Source: Eledone cirrhosa
Taxonomy: Eukaryota
Direction of reading: 5' to 3'
Assembly: GCA_964016885.1 (NCBI GenBank)
Contig: OZ024742.1
Span: forward strand, 129,952,001 to 130,016,000
DNA length: 64,000 nt
Position numbers and translations under genes: made by a program. This document shows positions 25,130 to 38,208 of the stretch, one piece after another. The stretch's first letter is position 1; the number at the start of each line of letters is the position of its first letter. The notes beneath the pieces are model-generated. The model did not search any database, had not been told where the DNA came from, and worked only from the letters and a program-made list of their open reading frames with translations.

Positions 25130-25223
25130 ATAACCAATCTCTTATATATTTTATCTGATGAAAACGTACTGAAACACCATTGTACTTTTGAAATATGTAT
25201 AATAAAATATATACTTTGGTTAT
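25130..25223 (+). ncRNA. Type I hammerhead ribozyme (Penelope-type)
   Basis: Stem I TATATATTTTAT / ATAAAATATATA; CTGATGA 25155-25161; stem II AAACGTAC / GTACTTTT; GAAA 25190-25193; near-palindromic stem III; TA cleavage site 25200-25201; distal ATAACCAA / TTGGTTAT. Confidence 0.7.
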
Positions 25224-25271
25224 GATAATATTTTTCATTTATTAATATTTTGAATAATATTATATATATAT

Positions 25272-25459
25272 GCGGTGGATTGGCAGTATCAGTAGAGGGT
25301 CGGACGCCATGCTTTCCAGCATAGTTACGTCCCTTTACGATCTGAGTTCAAATCCTGCCGAGGTTGACTTTGCCTTTCATCCTTACGGGGTCGATAAAAT
25401 AAAGTACCAGTAATGCACTTGGTAATTGCTGGCCTTGTGCCTAAAGTAGAAACAATTAT
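25272..25459 (+). mobile_element. SINE family A, full length
   Basis: A box TGGCAGTATCAG, B box GAGTTCAAATC, core and tail; flanked on both sides by ATTATATATATA. Confidence 0.9.
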
Positions 25460-25471
25460 ATATATATATAC

Positions 25472-25840
25472 TCAGACACTCCACCTTAATACCAACAACA
25501 AGTATCCTCCACCGTACTACAACTCGTCACCTCCTCACTTATACTCCCCACTGCTACCAACCTCATTGTCTGCACACCATGAACTTCCACCTTCTATTTC
25601 CTCCCTAAAATCCCCAAAATTCACAATCCAGGCCTCCCCAACATCTCCACCTCTAATTTCACCACCAAACACATCACCGCCTACTTCAACTCCATCCTCA
25701 CACCCCTAATGGCTGCCCTCCCCACCCACATATCTGAGACCAACCATCCCCTCTCTTTTTCAACTCCATCTTCCCACCTGGCCCATCCACCTCCTTTTCA
25801 CCTTTGACATCAACTTCCTCTACACAGTCATTCCCCACAG
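25472..25840 (+). mobile_element. Penelope-like element RT fragment, decayed
   Basis: Manual translation gives FYFLPKIPKIHNPG..IS...ITAYFNSILTP and FTFDINFLYTVIPH, matching PLE RT motifs LPKIHK and DV.SLYT.IPH. Confidence 0.7.
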
Positions 25841-26448
25841 TTTCTGCGCTCTTTTTCCATCTATAGGGGTATTTTGCCCAATTTTCGAAGCTATTTTTTA
25901 TAGCAATCGATTGTGGTTGATGTTATTTTCTGCCTTCCTCATAATGAGATCACCCAGATCCCAAAATACAAGGTACAGTCCCAATATATGCAAGGTACAG
26001 TGCAGCCATCAGGCCAGACTCAGCTCATAATAGGATCACCCAATAACATGGCTCCACTATAAGTAAGGCTTGGCGTGGCCAACTGGCCTGACCTCCCTCA
26101 TAATGGGAACACCCAGCTCCTAAACTATGGTTCCAATGTGAGCAGGGTATGTTATGGCCAACTGGTCGTTCCTTCCTCATAACGGTGCCTTCCAGTTCCA
26201 TACTGTAAATATAGTTGGTGTTAGGAAGGGCATCAAGCAGTAAAAATCCCAACCGAAATACAGTTCCATCTGAGCAAAGTACAGCCTGGCTAGCTGACCA
26301 AACTTGTCTCATGCCGTGGGTTACCCATCTAACCCATGCAAGTATGGAAAAATAGACGTTAAATGGTGATGATGATGATGATGATTTGAGATTTTCTACA
26401 TTTTCTAAGAATTTCAAAACACTCAACATTTTAAAATGTTGATATTTG

Positions 26449-26481
<33 letters not shown>

Positions 26482-26775
26482 GTATAATTTCACCCCTATT
26501 ACGTTTAGTGTTACTGCCAATATATTATAATCAGTCAAGTTTGCATTACATGCAAACGAGCATCTCCACCAAATGTTCATCCTGCAACATTTATATTGAC
26601 TCCAGTCTACTTCCATGCCAGTACTGGTTGAGTGAATGTCACTGATGAGAGATTCTCAATGGCTACTGACAGAATTTGTGACATTTTTTGGTTACAAAAA
26701 AATATCTTTCTTTGATAGCAACGCTACCGTATGTTTATTGTATTTATTCATATTATATGATTTCATATACACCAG

Positions 26776-26965
26776 GGCGGTGAATTGGCAGTGTTGATAG
26801 AGGGTCAGATGCCATGCTTTCCAGCATAGTTACGTCCCTTTATATTCTGAGTTCAAATCCCGCTAAGGTTAACTTTGCCTTTCATCCTTACGAGGTCGAT
26901 AAAATAAAGTACCAGTAATGCACTGGGGTAATTGCTGGCCTTGTGCCAAAAGTAGAAACAATTAT
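26776..26965 (+). mobile_element. SINE family A
   Basis: Full head, core and ATT tail. Confidence 0.9.
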
Positions 26966-27628
26966 GTTTAGACTCTATCTTAGTGCTACTACCAATTATA
27001 TATAAGGTGGTGGAGATGGAAAATGTTTGCTGGCACCACAAGGCTATTTATGCATTCATGTGGAACTACAAACAAGGAAATCTGTTGTCAAAGACTTGTC
27101 AACCCCAACATCTAACTTGAAGTAACCAATCAAAGCCCCTGATTGTTCTCTTATGGTGACTATATTTTTTCACTCTTTCACTTTTCCTAGTGTCTAATGT
27201 TAGACATACACACGCACACATATGTGCGTGTGTATATATATATACACACACACACATATGTGTGTGTATATATATAAAAAAAAGCACTCAGCACTACATC
27301 CAGCTGTAGAATCAAGCCAAAATCAGTTTCCGTATGAGCAAGACAAGGTCAGCCGACCGGGCACTGCCCACAACAAGACAAGCCATCTAACCCATGCTAG
27401 TGTGGAAGAATGGCTGTAAAACGGTGATGATGATATAAGTCTATAAAATCTATGATAATGTAGGAATAAGTCAAAGTGTTAATATATATATATCTAACAT
27501 CAGTATCATGTGGTGATTGTAGTTTTCATTTGTGAGTACACACACCTGTGTGTGTGAGCATGCATGTGAGTGTGTGTGCGTCTGTGTGTGTATATACATA
27601 CATGTATACATATATATCAATAGTTGTG

Positions 27629-27830
27629 AAGGCTTAGAGGTTAGGGCAATCAGCTCATGATCATAAGGTCACAAGTTCAATCACCAGTGGCACATTGTGT
27701 TCTTGAGCAAGGCATTTCCTTTTACTTTGCTCCAGTTCACTTAGCCAACAAAAATGAGTTGTACCTGTAATACAAAGAGTCATCCTTTTCACACATAGTG
27801 TGACACTTAATTTCACAGATATTTTCATTA
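27629..27830 (+). mobile_element. SINE family B, 3'-truncated
   Basis: GGCTTAGAGGTTAGGG...AGTTCAATC...TTGAGCAAG...GAGTTGTACCTGTAA. Confidence 0.7.
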
Positions 27831-27983
27831 ACGCCTTCAGTGCCACGGACGAGATAACTCGTCCTAACATGTTTGAACTCTTTTCCAACAGTTAATAACT
27901 TCAAAGCTAGATGGGGTTACTAGTTTATTGATGTGATGTTTGTCAATCATTCAGATATGGGTTCTTAATAAATGTTTGTTTAA

Positions 27984-28406
27984 CTCTTTAGTATTTAAAC
28001 CAGCTATATCCGGCCAGAATTCTCTCACCTCTTTCTGTTCAAACCGGCTGTAACCAGCCGCTCATACTGAAGTTAAGGTATTGTTCTCAAAATAAATAAT
28101 TGTTTCTACTTTTGGCACAAGGCCAGCAATTACGCAGTGTATTACTGGTACTTTATTTTATCGACCCCGTAAGGATGAAAGGCAAAGTTAACCTCGGCGG
28201 GATTTGAACTCAGAATGGCAAGGGCCGTAACTCTATGCGTCAAAGCATGGCGTCCGACCCTCTACCGATACTGCCAATCCACCGCCCTTTCAAAATAAAT
28301 AATATTAAAATCTCATAGATTCGATATTATGTGAGATATTATGTAAGATAAAGTGTTTACCATGAAAATAAAATAATAAATATAGAGTAATGTAAATGCT
28401 AAAGGG
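27984..28406. mobile_element. TTAA-flanked (piggyBac-like) MITE interrupted by a SINE
   Basis: TTAA|CTCTTTAGTATTTA ... TAAATGCTAAAGGG|TTAA; uninterrupted copy in the opposite orientation at 34071-34285. Confidence 0.75.
28098..28287 (-). mobile_element. SINE family A with 14-bp TSD
   Basis: TCAAAATAAATAAT at 28087-28100 and 28290-28303. Confidence 0.92.
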
Positions 28407-29461
28407 TTAAAAAAATAGTCATTTTACTGAAAAAAAAACCAGCACAGCAACTATAGCTGTCTAAAATATACGCAGCAATCAACAGGTTAAAGACATGTGT
28501 ATTTGTGGAATATTCAGCCACTTGCACATAAATTTCATAAGAAGGCTGCTCCAGTGATCAAACAACTGAAAACTCCTTGTTAAAATTGATGGAAGTTCAA
28601 CATATTTGTAGTTATATCATTAATATATCTGTATAAAATCCCGTCGAGGTTAACTTTGCCTTTCATCTTTACGGGGTCGATAAAATAAAGTACCAGTAAT
28701 GCACTGGGTAATTGCTGGCCTTGTGCCAAAATGTAGAAACAATTAATGATATAAATGAGGGGAAAAAAATTCACAAAAAGGTAAGCAGTATAAACAATTA
28801 ACAAAGAGGACAATGAAAACAAGTAAAAACAAACACAAACTCCTATTATTAGCTATCATCTGGAGATTCACGTCATTTCAGCACATCAACATTGTTGTGC
28901 CATGTTCCCACTGTAGTAGTAATAGCTTAAACGTAATCTCTACTGGTTTCCTGTTAAAGCAATAATAAATAACACATACTAGAAACAGACAACTGATCAG
29001 ATTGTAGCTTTGTAGTTACATGAGTTTATGACTCATTGTTGATGGTGTCCCCTAGAGCTGTTGTTTACTTTTGTTTTTAATTGAATAAAATGGATTTTGG
29101 GGGTGATGAAATGAGCATGTGATGGACCCAGCACTTCATATGGTAAAAGAGCAAGGTGTAGACTCTTTACAGTTGAAGAAATTATTGATGATATGTCTTC
29201 TATGGAGAAGAGGGAGCAAGAATTTCAACAAGTTTACCCTTACACAGACAGGAAGAGTAATTTGGACAATGAAACTTGTTAAAGTGAAAAGGAAAGTAGT
29301 GATTCAGGTGAACAAATTAAGTGTGGCTCTCACACAGCTGATACTAATAGGGGTGGTGGAGATTATGTAAATCTAGATGAAGGGTTGCTAAACACTTTTA
29401 CTGTGCCTTGTGTTGATTCTGTCCATCAGTTTTCCTGCAATCATTACTCTTTAGCTGTGTA

Positions 29462-29935
29462 TCATCATCATCGTCGTTTAACATCTATCTTCCACGCTAG
29501 CATGGGTTAGACAGGAGTTGTCCCACTTGAGGCAAGATTAGTCGGGTGACCATGTCTTGCTAGTATAGGACTATATCTGGCAGGTTTTCTATGGTTGGAT
29601 GCCCTTCTTAACACCAACCACATTTACAGTGTGGACTGGGAACTTTTTACCGTGTTACCGACACGGCCACATTACAGTGTGGACTGTGTGTTTTTTTGTT
29701 GTGACACCTACACGATCTTGATCTCGATCTCATTTTCTCATTAGTTTGGACTAGATGTTGTGGTACCAACATAACTTTACAGAGAAAGGGTGGTATTGGT
29801 GGGAGTGGGAGGATGGAGTAGGGGTAGTGGGTTGGGGTGTATATTTGGTTAAGAGGTGCCTACTGACTGTAGGTTTCACTTTGTACATAGGCAAGGCGAG
29901 TCTTCTGTATTACTGTGTGGCGCCAAAGATCTGTG
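29462..29935 (-). mobile_element. RTE 3'UTR fragment
   Basis: (CAT)n followed by sequence closely matching 35776-36220 and 57223-57680. Confidence 0.85.
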
Positions 29936-30209
29936 TATGCAATGTTATATTTTTTTTGCTCAGGAGCCTAAGTGGCAGGTAAAATTTGACACAGAGGCCC
30001 ATGTCTGAGACACTTAATGATAGAATCAGTAAATCCAGTGACACTAGTAACTATAAAAAGATTGCTATTAGGGAACAAGGTAGTAAAAAATAAAGCAGTC
30101 CAATATATATACAATAACAATGGATATAAAAGTGTGGTCTTTTGACTGGGCCATGCCACACATTTGTAGTTGGAAACTATAAATGTATATTTAGATATAA
30201 ATATTTATT

Positions 30210-30810
30210 TATGTATGTGTGTATGTGTGCATGCCTGTGTGTGTGTGTATGTCAGCATGTAAGTGTGTTTGTGTGTATGCTTGCATGTATGTGTGTATGC
30301 TTGCATGTATGTGTGTATGTGTGCATCCCAGCATGTGTGTGCATTTGTGTGCATGCCTGCATGTATGCGTGTATGTGTGCATACCGGCATGTATGTGTGT
30401 ATGTGTGCATGCCGGTATGTATGTGTGTATGTGTGCATGCCGGCATGTATGTGCGTTTGTGTGCATGCCTGCATGTATGTGTGCATACCGGCATGTATGT
30501 GTGTATGTGTGCATGCCGGCATGTATGTGCGTATGTGTGCATGCCTGCATGTATATGTGTATGCCTGCTTGTGTGCCTGCCAGCATGTATATGTGTATGT
30601 CAGCATGTATGTGTGTTTGTGTGCATGCCTGCATGTATGTGTGCATGCCGGCATGTATGTGTGTATGTGTGCATGCCTACATGTATGTGTTTTTGTGTGT
30701 ATGCCGGCATGTATATGTGTATGTGTGCATGCCTGCATGTATGTGTGCATGCCTGCGTGAATGTGTGTGTATGTGTGCATGCCTGCATGTATGTGTATGT
30801 ATGTGTGTGT
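30210..30810. repeat. Compound TG/TGCA/TGTA low-complexity minisatellite (~20-bp unit TGTGTGCATGCCGGCATGTA)
   Basis: Direct reading; it generates the seven overlapping spurious ORFs here. Confidence 0.9.
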
Positions 30811-32057
30811 TCATCTCCATGTCTTGAATTTGACACTACTAGCACAGAAGGTGACATTTGTTTATGTCCTGCATAAACAAAAGTCCTGTAATGTATGAAG
30901 ATCAGTGCCTTACTTCAGAAAAAGAATACAAATAGAAGTTTGCATTAAGAAATGCATCCAATCATATAATATTGCATTTAAAAAGCCTAATGCAACCCAT
31001 GCTAACATAGAAAAACAAACATATATATTATAATGATGATTTATTGATACAATATATAAATAACATATAATATATAAATAACATATAATATATATATATA
31101 TAATACATATATATAATATATATATATATGATATATATTGACATACCCATAACATATTGACATATATATTGACAGATATTTAACATTGTCACAATATATA
31201 TATAGTGAAACACACTTAACATATTGAAACATAAAATACATTTATTCCTTTTAAATTGTGTTGTAAGTAGTTATTGAAAGGATTTGGGATCTAGTTTCCC
31301 TTTCAAGAAAGCCAGAACAATTTATTAATACATCTTTATAATAATCTATCTCTATATAAAGTGGCTGGTAATTGCAGCCTGATGGAATGGTGAGTTTATA
31401 TAATAATGTATATCAATATAACATTATATGATGCGCCTATAACTCTGTATAGAGCTGCAGCTTCATAGAATGACGCCATGTTAATGAAAGCTTATATAAT
31501 GATGCACCCAGATGTGACTTTACATAATACTTAGTTGGTGATGCAGATTATATAGTGATGTATGTAAAATGCAATTTCATAAATGTTGTGTTTAGGAGTA
31601 AACTGTTTTATGCTCTCTTTCTCTTTCTATTTCTTCCTTCTTGACTGTTATCTTGCTCTTTCCCTTTGATGATCATATTCAATTTGGAAACATGTCATAA
31701 AGATGATTTTTGACAAAACTAGCAACTGGAAATAAATTTTCTAACGAGACAACTATATAATTTTCAATTAGAATGTCTCGGAATAACCTCAAGTTATTTT
31801 GAAACATGTATTTATTTGTTTTACCCAATATCTTTTCTGAACTGAAACTATTTCTAAAAAAATAAAATGTTAACAGAGATAAGCATTGGAAATGTGTTAA
31901 CTGAATATGTATGCATGTGTGTGCATGTATGTATATGTGTGCATGTATGCATATGTGAGTGTAGTTTAAGTTCTTCCACACTAGAAAGCGGGGAACAGAA
32001 AAAAAAACTAGTTATTGGTTGTAGAAGTAGTACTTATCTTGTTTAAATTTCTGAAAT

Positions 32058-32476
32058 GCAGTGGATTGGCAGTATCGGTAGAGGGTCGGGTGCCATGCTT
32101 TGAAGCATAGAGTTACCTCCCTTTATGATCTGAGTTCAAATCCCGCCGAGGTTAACTTTGCCTTTCATCCTTACGGGGTCGATAAAATAAAGTACCAGTA
32201 ATGCACTGGGATAATTGCTGGCCTGGTGCCAAAAGTAGAAACAATTATAATAAACCATGGATTGGCCGTTCCATTAGGTTGTCAGACACCATGCTTCGCA
32301 ACATAAAATTACAGCTCTTTACATTCTGATTTCAAATCCCTCCGAGGTTAGCTTTGCTTTTTATCCTTAGGGTGGGGTTGATAAAAAAGTACCAATAATG
32401 CACTGGGGTTGATATAATTGATTTTCCCTTCCCTCCAAATAGTTAGTTTTGGGCCTAAATCAGACACAATTATTAT
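32058..32476 (+). mobile_element. Two tandem SINE family A copies (young 32058-32248; older 32257-32476)
   Basis: Both have the TGGATTGGC head, TTCAAATCCC B box and GATAAAA..GTACCA core. Confidence 0.85.
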
Positions 32477-32667
32477 AAAGCAATTTATTCAGGCGTAGTG
32501 TCATCATTTTGGTTATTATAGTCTCAACTTTTTTATTGTTGTACCCTCCAGCTTTCTCAAAACCCAAATTTATTTGGTAATGTTCTCAGAATTGTTAACC
32601 CTTTAGATTTTTCTCATTCCATTGTCCATTCATAGAATAACCTTGTCTTAGTTGTTTGTGATGTGTG

Positions 32668-32905
32668 AGGGCTCATATGTTAGTGGTTAGAGAATTGGAT
32701 TTGCAATTATGAGGCTGCAAGTTTGATTCCCAGACAAGCCAATGAGCCAAAACACTTTATTTCACATTGCTCTTTCTGCCAGGAGTTTCAACTGGTAGAT
32801 AGCATCAGTAATGGCAAGACCAATGGAAACATTGTTTCCTTGGTCTAATTTGATGAGTTCCACCCACTCAGTAAGTGAATGAGGTCTGGGATCTGGTCAA
32901 TCAAT
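32668..32905 (+). mobile_element. SINE family C
   Basis: Homologous to 15667-15910 and 54440-54695. Confidence 0.75.
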
Positions 32906-33187
32906 CAATTTGATTTGATTTGTGATGTTGCTTGCTTATTCTGCATAACACATTTCTTATATTTCTAATGAAATACACTGCCTGTATGTTTCAAATAATT
33001 TTGATAAAAAAATGTTTTTATTAAGTTGCTATTTGAAATATTGTTTAACAAAAATTTCTTTTAAAAAGTTATGACAGAAGTTTTTAATATAAATATGAAT
33101 ACTTTAAAATGTGCAGCTTTGTATAAGAAAACCAGGACCAGTTTCAGGTGGGTTGGTATCAAAAGGTTTAATCTAGAATATATAACT

Positions 33188-33510
33188 GGCACTCTGGCAT
33201 TTACGACAATGAGTGTTCCAATTGATATGATCAATAGAACAGCCTGCTCATGAAACTAACATGCAAGTGGTTGAGAATTCCACAGACATGCATGCCCTTA
33301 ACTTAGTTCTCAGGGAGATTCAGCATGACACAGAATGTAACAAGGCTGGATCTTCAAATTACAAGTACAACTAATTTTTGCTAGCTGAGTGGACTGGAGT
33401 AATGTGAAATAAAAAGTCTAACTCAAGGGTACAACACACCACTGGGAATTGAACTCATGACTTTACAATTGTGAGCTGAATACCCTAACCACTAGACCAT
33501 GTGTCATCAC
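33188..33510 (-). mobile_element. SINE family B, near full length
   Basis: GGGAATTGAACTCA...CCCTAACCACTA head (reverse complement) and full tail to TGGCACTC. Confidence 0.8.
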
Positions 33511-34070
33511 AGCTAGAGTACATATAGATACATTAAGCATACAGATACATTAATCCAGGTATGCTCTGACACTTAATCAACGATTATATTGTTCAATAGA
33601 TAACTATGTATAACAGAAATTAAGAGCTTTTAAGCCTAATTTTGTTGTTTTTTTCTTAGACTTTAAAGTTCTTATTTAAATAATTGTATAATAGTACTTT
33701 TCTATTTGTAAACTTATAACATGATTAAACAACCGGGATAACTGGCTTATGTTGGCCCAGTTCACATAGCTACAGATCTGCATTAATATCAGGAAGAGTT
33801 CATTACTGTGCACAGTTCAGACCACTATATAATTGTTTGTTTGTTTTTGTTTAGGCATAAAGGTGAGATATTTTAAAAGATGAGGGAAGGTGTAACTAAC
33901 TGTGGTCCCCTCTTGGTTATAAGTAATTGTGAAAATGATGAAACTATTTACAGTTATTTGACAACCTAAAAATCACACTTTACCATCTTAACACTGTTGA
34001 TACCAACCAACTGGAGACCACTTCTGATTCTGTACTACAAAACTACCCATTTTAAAGAGTTCATATTTAA

Positions 34071-34285
34071 CCCTTTACCATTTACATTACTCTATATATA
34101 CTATTGTATTTTCATTGTAAAGGCTTTATCTTACATAATTATTTCACATGAATCTACAAGGTTTTGATATTATTTATTTTGAGAACAATACCTTAATATA
34201 AATGTACGCGACCAGTTACAGCCAGTTTGGACAGAAAGAGGTGAGAGAATTCTGGCCAGATACAGCCGATTTAAATGCTAACGGG
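34071..34285. mobile_element. TTAA-flanked (piggyBac-like) MITE
   Basis: TTAA|CCCTTTACCATTTA ... TAAATGCTAACGGG|TTAA. Confidence 0.75.
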
Positions 34286-34344
34286 TTAAATTAATTTCAT
34301 GGGAAAATCTTTTTCTTAAGTTATGTTCCAAACACCATTTTAAT

Positions 34345-34527
34345 AATTGTTTCCCCTTTTGGCACAAGGTCATCAATTACCCAGTACATTACTGGTACTT
34401 TATTTTATCGACCCCGTAAGGATGAAAGCAAAGTTAACCTCGGCGGGATTTGAACTCAGACCGTAAAGGGACATAACTATGCTGGAAAGCATGGCGTCTG
34501 ACCCTCTACCGATACTGCCACTCCACC
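34345..34527 (-). mobile_element. SINE family A with 15-bp TSD
   Basis: CACCATTTTAATAAT at 34333-34347 and 34524-34538. Confidence 0.9.
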
Positions 34528-35134
34528 ATTTTAATAATGATAGTTTAACTATTTTAACTTTTAACTTTTAAAAACCTGTAATGATTTAGCAGAAAATATC
34601 TAAAAATAGGTTTAATTAAAAGGATTATAGTATTTTTACTAGCAAATATTTGAAGTATTAGAGTAAAGACATTCATATTTAATATGATGTAGACATAATG
34701 CTGTTTTGTACTATTTAAGAAAGTTTTGTTAATGTGATTTTATGTGGTTTGTCAAATATTTATAGTATCTTGAACCCTTTAGCATTTAAACCGGCTATAT
34801 CCAGCCAGAATTCTCTCACAAGTTTTCACTATTACAGATACTTCAATAATTAATGTTTTGCACTTTTAAAACATGTCTTGCTAATGCAGTTACGTGTGGT
34901 ACAAGACATTAAGAGTTAAGCGAAAAGTTTCTACTCATCCAATACTATCTACATATGATGTATAATATAGTGGCCAAAACATTATACAATGAAATCTGTA
35001 GAAAGGATAGACCTGAGAATAAAAATATAAAAGGTTGCAATGATGTGGTGGAATGTTCCAGTCAAAACCCCCAATATAATACAAACATAATAGACCATAC
35101 ATAGTGATATAGGACAGAAAAGAAGGCATGTGCA

Positions 35135-35427
35135 GTAGAGGAAATCAGCTTCCCAGCAGATGTTAATAATATATAATGCTTAAGATTCAGGAAAAGGAGA
35201 ACATTTATGCTGAACTATCGAGAAATCTACAGATACTCCACCTGACTATTCCTTTAGATTTGAATCTGTGATTATTGGGGCTCTTGGATATGTTACTAAC
35301 TGACTCAGTACAAATCTTGAGAAGCTAAGCTTCACAGAACCAGAAAGAGCATTTTAAGAAGCTGCAAGTACAGTCCATTAATGAAACTGTCAAGATATGT
35401 AAAACATTTCAGAAATTCAGCATGTAA
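35135..35427 (+). mobile_element. RLE-type LINE 3' fragment (second family)
   Basis: Manual translation across frameshifts: EISFPADVN..KIQEKENIYAELSRNLQIL..VIIGALGYV..LQVQSINETVKICKTFQKFSM*. Confidence 0.65.
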
Positions 35428-35775
35428 TCATCATCATCATCATTTTTACATCCGCTTTTCCCTGCTTGCAAGGGTGGGACGGGAACTGATTCTGGCTTGA
35501 TTTCGACAGCTGGATGTCCTTCCTAACACCAACCTCATTTACAGTGAGTGCTGGGTGCTTTTTCTGTGGTGCCTACACGTCCACTTTACAGTGTGAGATG
35601 AGTGCTTTTTTTGCCGTGGCACCTCCATGACCACATTGCATCTCATTTCTACAGCTGAGTAAACTGGAGCAATGTGAAATAAAGTGTCTTGCTCAAGGAA
35701 ACAACACATCACCCGGTCTGAGAATTGAACTCACAACATTTCGATTGCAAGGTCAATAATAACTGCATATATACA

Positions 35776-36590
35776 CATCATCATCTTCGTTTAACATCAA
35801 CTTTCCACGCTAGCATGGGTTAGACGGGAGTTGTCCCACTTGAGGCAAGGTTTGGTCGGGTGACCGTGTCTCGCTCATATAGGACTATCTGGCAGGTTTT
35901 CTACGGCTGGATGCCCTTCCTAACACCAACCACATTTACAGTGTGGAACTGGGAACTTTTTACTGTGTTACCTACACGACCACATTACAGCGTGGACTGT
36001 GTGTTTTTTTCTTGTGACACCTACACGATCTCGATCTCATTTATTTGGACTGCATGTTGTGGGACCAACTTTATAGAGAGAGGGTGGTGTTGGTGGGAGC
36101 AGGAGGATAGGGGTAGTGGATTGGGGTGTATATTTGGTTAAGAGGTGCCTACTGACTGTAGGTTTCGCTTTGTACATAGGCAAAGTGGGTCTTCTGTATT
36201 ACTGCATAGCACCAAAGATCTCGGTCCAGTGACATTGTCTTAGAGAGGTGCAAGTGTGTAAGGTCGGAATTTATCAGATTGTCCCAGCTTTTTCTGGGTC
36301 TACCTACCATCAATTTTGATCGCCCTGCACTTTTTTATACAGCTGTCATCTTTCATGCGCATCACATGGCCATACCAATGTAGTCTTCTCTCGAGTAAAC
36401 AGCATCTGATCCCTCTTATTCCTAATTTCTCACTTAGTTCACTTATGCTTTGCCGTTCACGTATATTACTATTACACATCCAATGGAGCATGCATGCTTC
36501 GTTCTTTTCCAGTCTACGCAGGTCCTCTGCACGCAATGCCCATGTCTCACTGCCATGTAGCATTGCTGTTTGTATACAAGCATCAATAGT
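35776..36590 (-). mobile_element. RTE LINE 3' fragment
   Basis: ORF 36300-36563 MLHGSETWAL...RRLHWYGHVMRM; 3'UTR and (GAT)n tail. Confidence 0.9.
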
Positions 36591-36639
36591 GCTTGGATGA
36601 AATTTCCATCAAAATATTCAAAATTAAATATATTTGAAT

Positions 36640-36966
36640 TCAAACAAAAGCCCTTTAAAATGGGTAGTTTTGTGGTATCTGATAAAAACCCTTTAAAATG
36701 GGGGAGGGGGTATCTGATAAGAACTTTTAAAAATGGGTGAGTTTGGGGCATCTGATAAGAACCCTTTTAACCCTCTCATTTTAAATGGTTCTAATCAAAT
36801 ACCACAAGCCCCCACCCCATTTTAAAGGGTTCTTATCAAATACCACAACAACCCCTCCCCCATTTTAAAGGGTTCTTATCAAATACCACAAGCCCCCCCC
36901 CCCATTTTAAAGGGTTCTTATCAGATACCACAAAATCAGCCATTTTAAAGGGTTCTTATTTGAATT
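36640..36966. repeat. Foldback of a ~40-bp repeat (CCATTTTAAAGGGTTCTTATCARATACCACAA)
   Basis: About 3 copies in minus orientation (36650-36768) face about 4.5 copies in plus orientation (36778-36966). Confidence 0.8.
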
Positions 36967-37116
36967 AAAATCTTTCAACTTAATTTGTTATAAGAACCTT
37001 TTATTGTGTTATGTTACAAACATCATCTTAAAAATGAATTAATAAATAATTTTAGTAAATCTCTCCGAAATGCTTCATTAATTGACTGAAATATAGTGAT
37101 TTCATTACAAGTATAA

Positions 37117-37300
37117 TAATTGTTTTTACTTTTGGCACAAGGCCAGCAATTACCCAGTGCATTACTGGTACTTTATTTTATCGACGCCGTAAGGATGAAA
37201 GGCAAAGTTAACCTCGGCGGGATTAGAACTCAGGTCGTAAAGGGACGTAACTATGCTGGAAAGCATGGCGTCCGACGCTCTATCAATACTGCCAATCCAC
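37117..37300 (-). mobile_element. SINE family A
   Basis: Full consensus match with AAT at the tail side. Confidence 0.9.
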
Positions 37301-37862
37301 AATGAAAGGGTTAATTAATATATCTAATAAAACCACAAGTAAACAGATCCTTTGGTAGGTCTTAATAAATGTAACCCACATTAATAATTCTGTTTTATTA
37401 ATCTAATCACCTGCAACAACACATTTCATTAAATTTTCATCATATACAAATACAACATATACATACCACCTCCTCCATATTTTAATTATACCTAATATAT
37501 TGTTTAAATGTAGAAGTTTATCAAGGATAGCAAATTACATATTAACAATGAGTGTTGCTCTCTTTCTCTGTAGTGTGATAATGATACATGGCAACAATAT
37601 TTAATTGGTTTTCTGTCTTGTCGAGGGATTCAATGAGTTTGTTTACCCACAGTAAATTATCAGATTCAGAAATTATCATTATATTTTGGTTATTGATTGA
37701 CTAGGAAATGAATGATTAAAGTGTGCTATATCAATAGGAAGTTAAACAACGAAACCAATATTCTATGAACTACTGGCTTTGGAGAGCAATGATCAATGAT
37801 GTACAGAATACTGTAATGTAATGTTTTTAGCAGAAATATATCACTGAATTAAAAACATCCAA

Positions 37863-37876
37863 TGTATATATATATA

Positions 37877-37933
<57 letters not shown>

Positions 37934-38161
37934 TGATATATATATATATGTATGTATGTATATATATACATTTATATGTATATATATATATATATATATA
38001 CATATATGGCACACACACACACACACATATACATACACACACATATATATATACACACACATATATACACACATATATACACACACATATATATATACAT
38101 ATATATGTGTGTGTGTGTGTGTGTATATATATATGTGTGTGTGTATATTTATATATGTGTG

Positions 38162-38193
<32 letters not shown>

Positions 38194-38208
38194 ATAGAGA
38201 GAGAGAGA
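37863..38208. repeat. Compound (TA)n/(CA)n/(TG)n/(GA)n microsatellite
   Basis: Direct reading. Confidence 0.95.

Noticed and set aside
25272-25360. tRNA gene
   Set aside because: A and B boxes and a GCGG/CTGC-like stem are present, but the sequence continues into the SINE core and tail and recurs about 20 times, so it is a SINE head.
30142-30876. Cys-rich and His-rich ORFs (metallothionein-like)
   Set aside because: Open in all frames because of TG/CA low-complexity sequence; same for 22414-22873 and 37827-38340.
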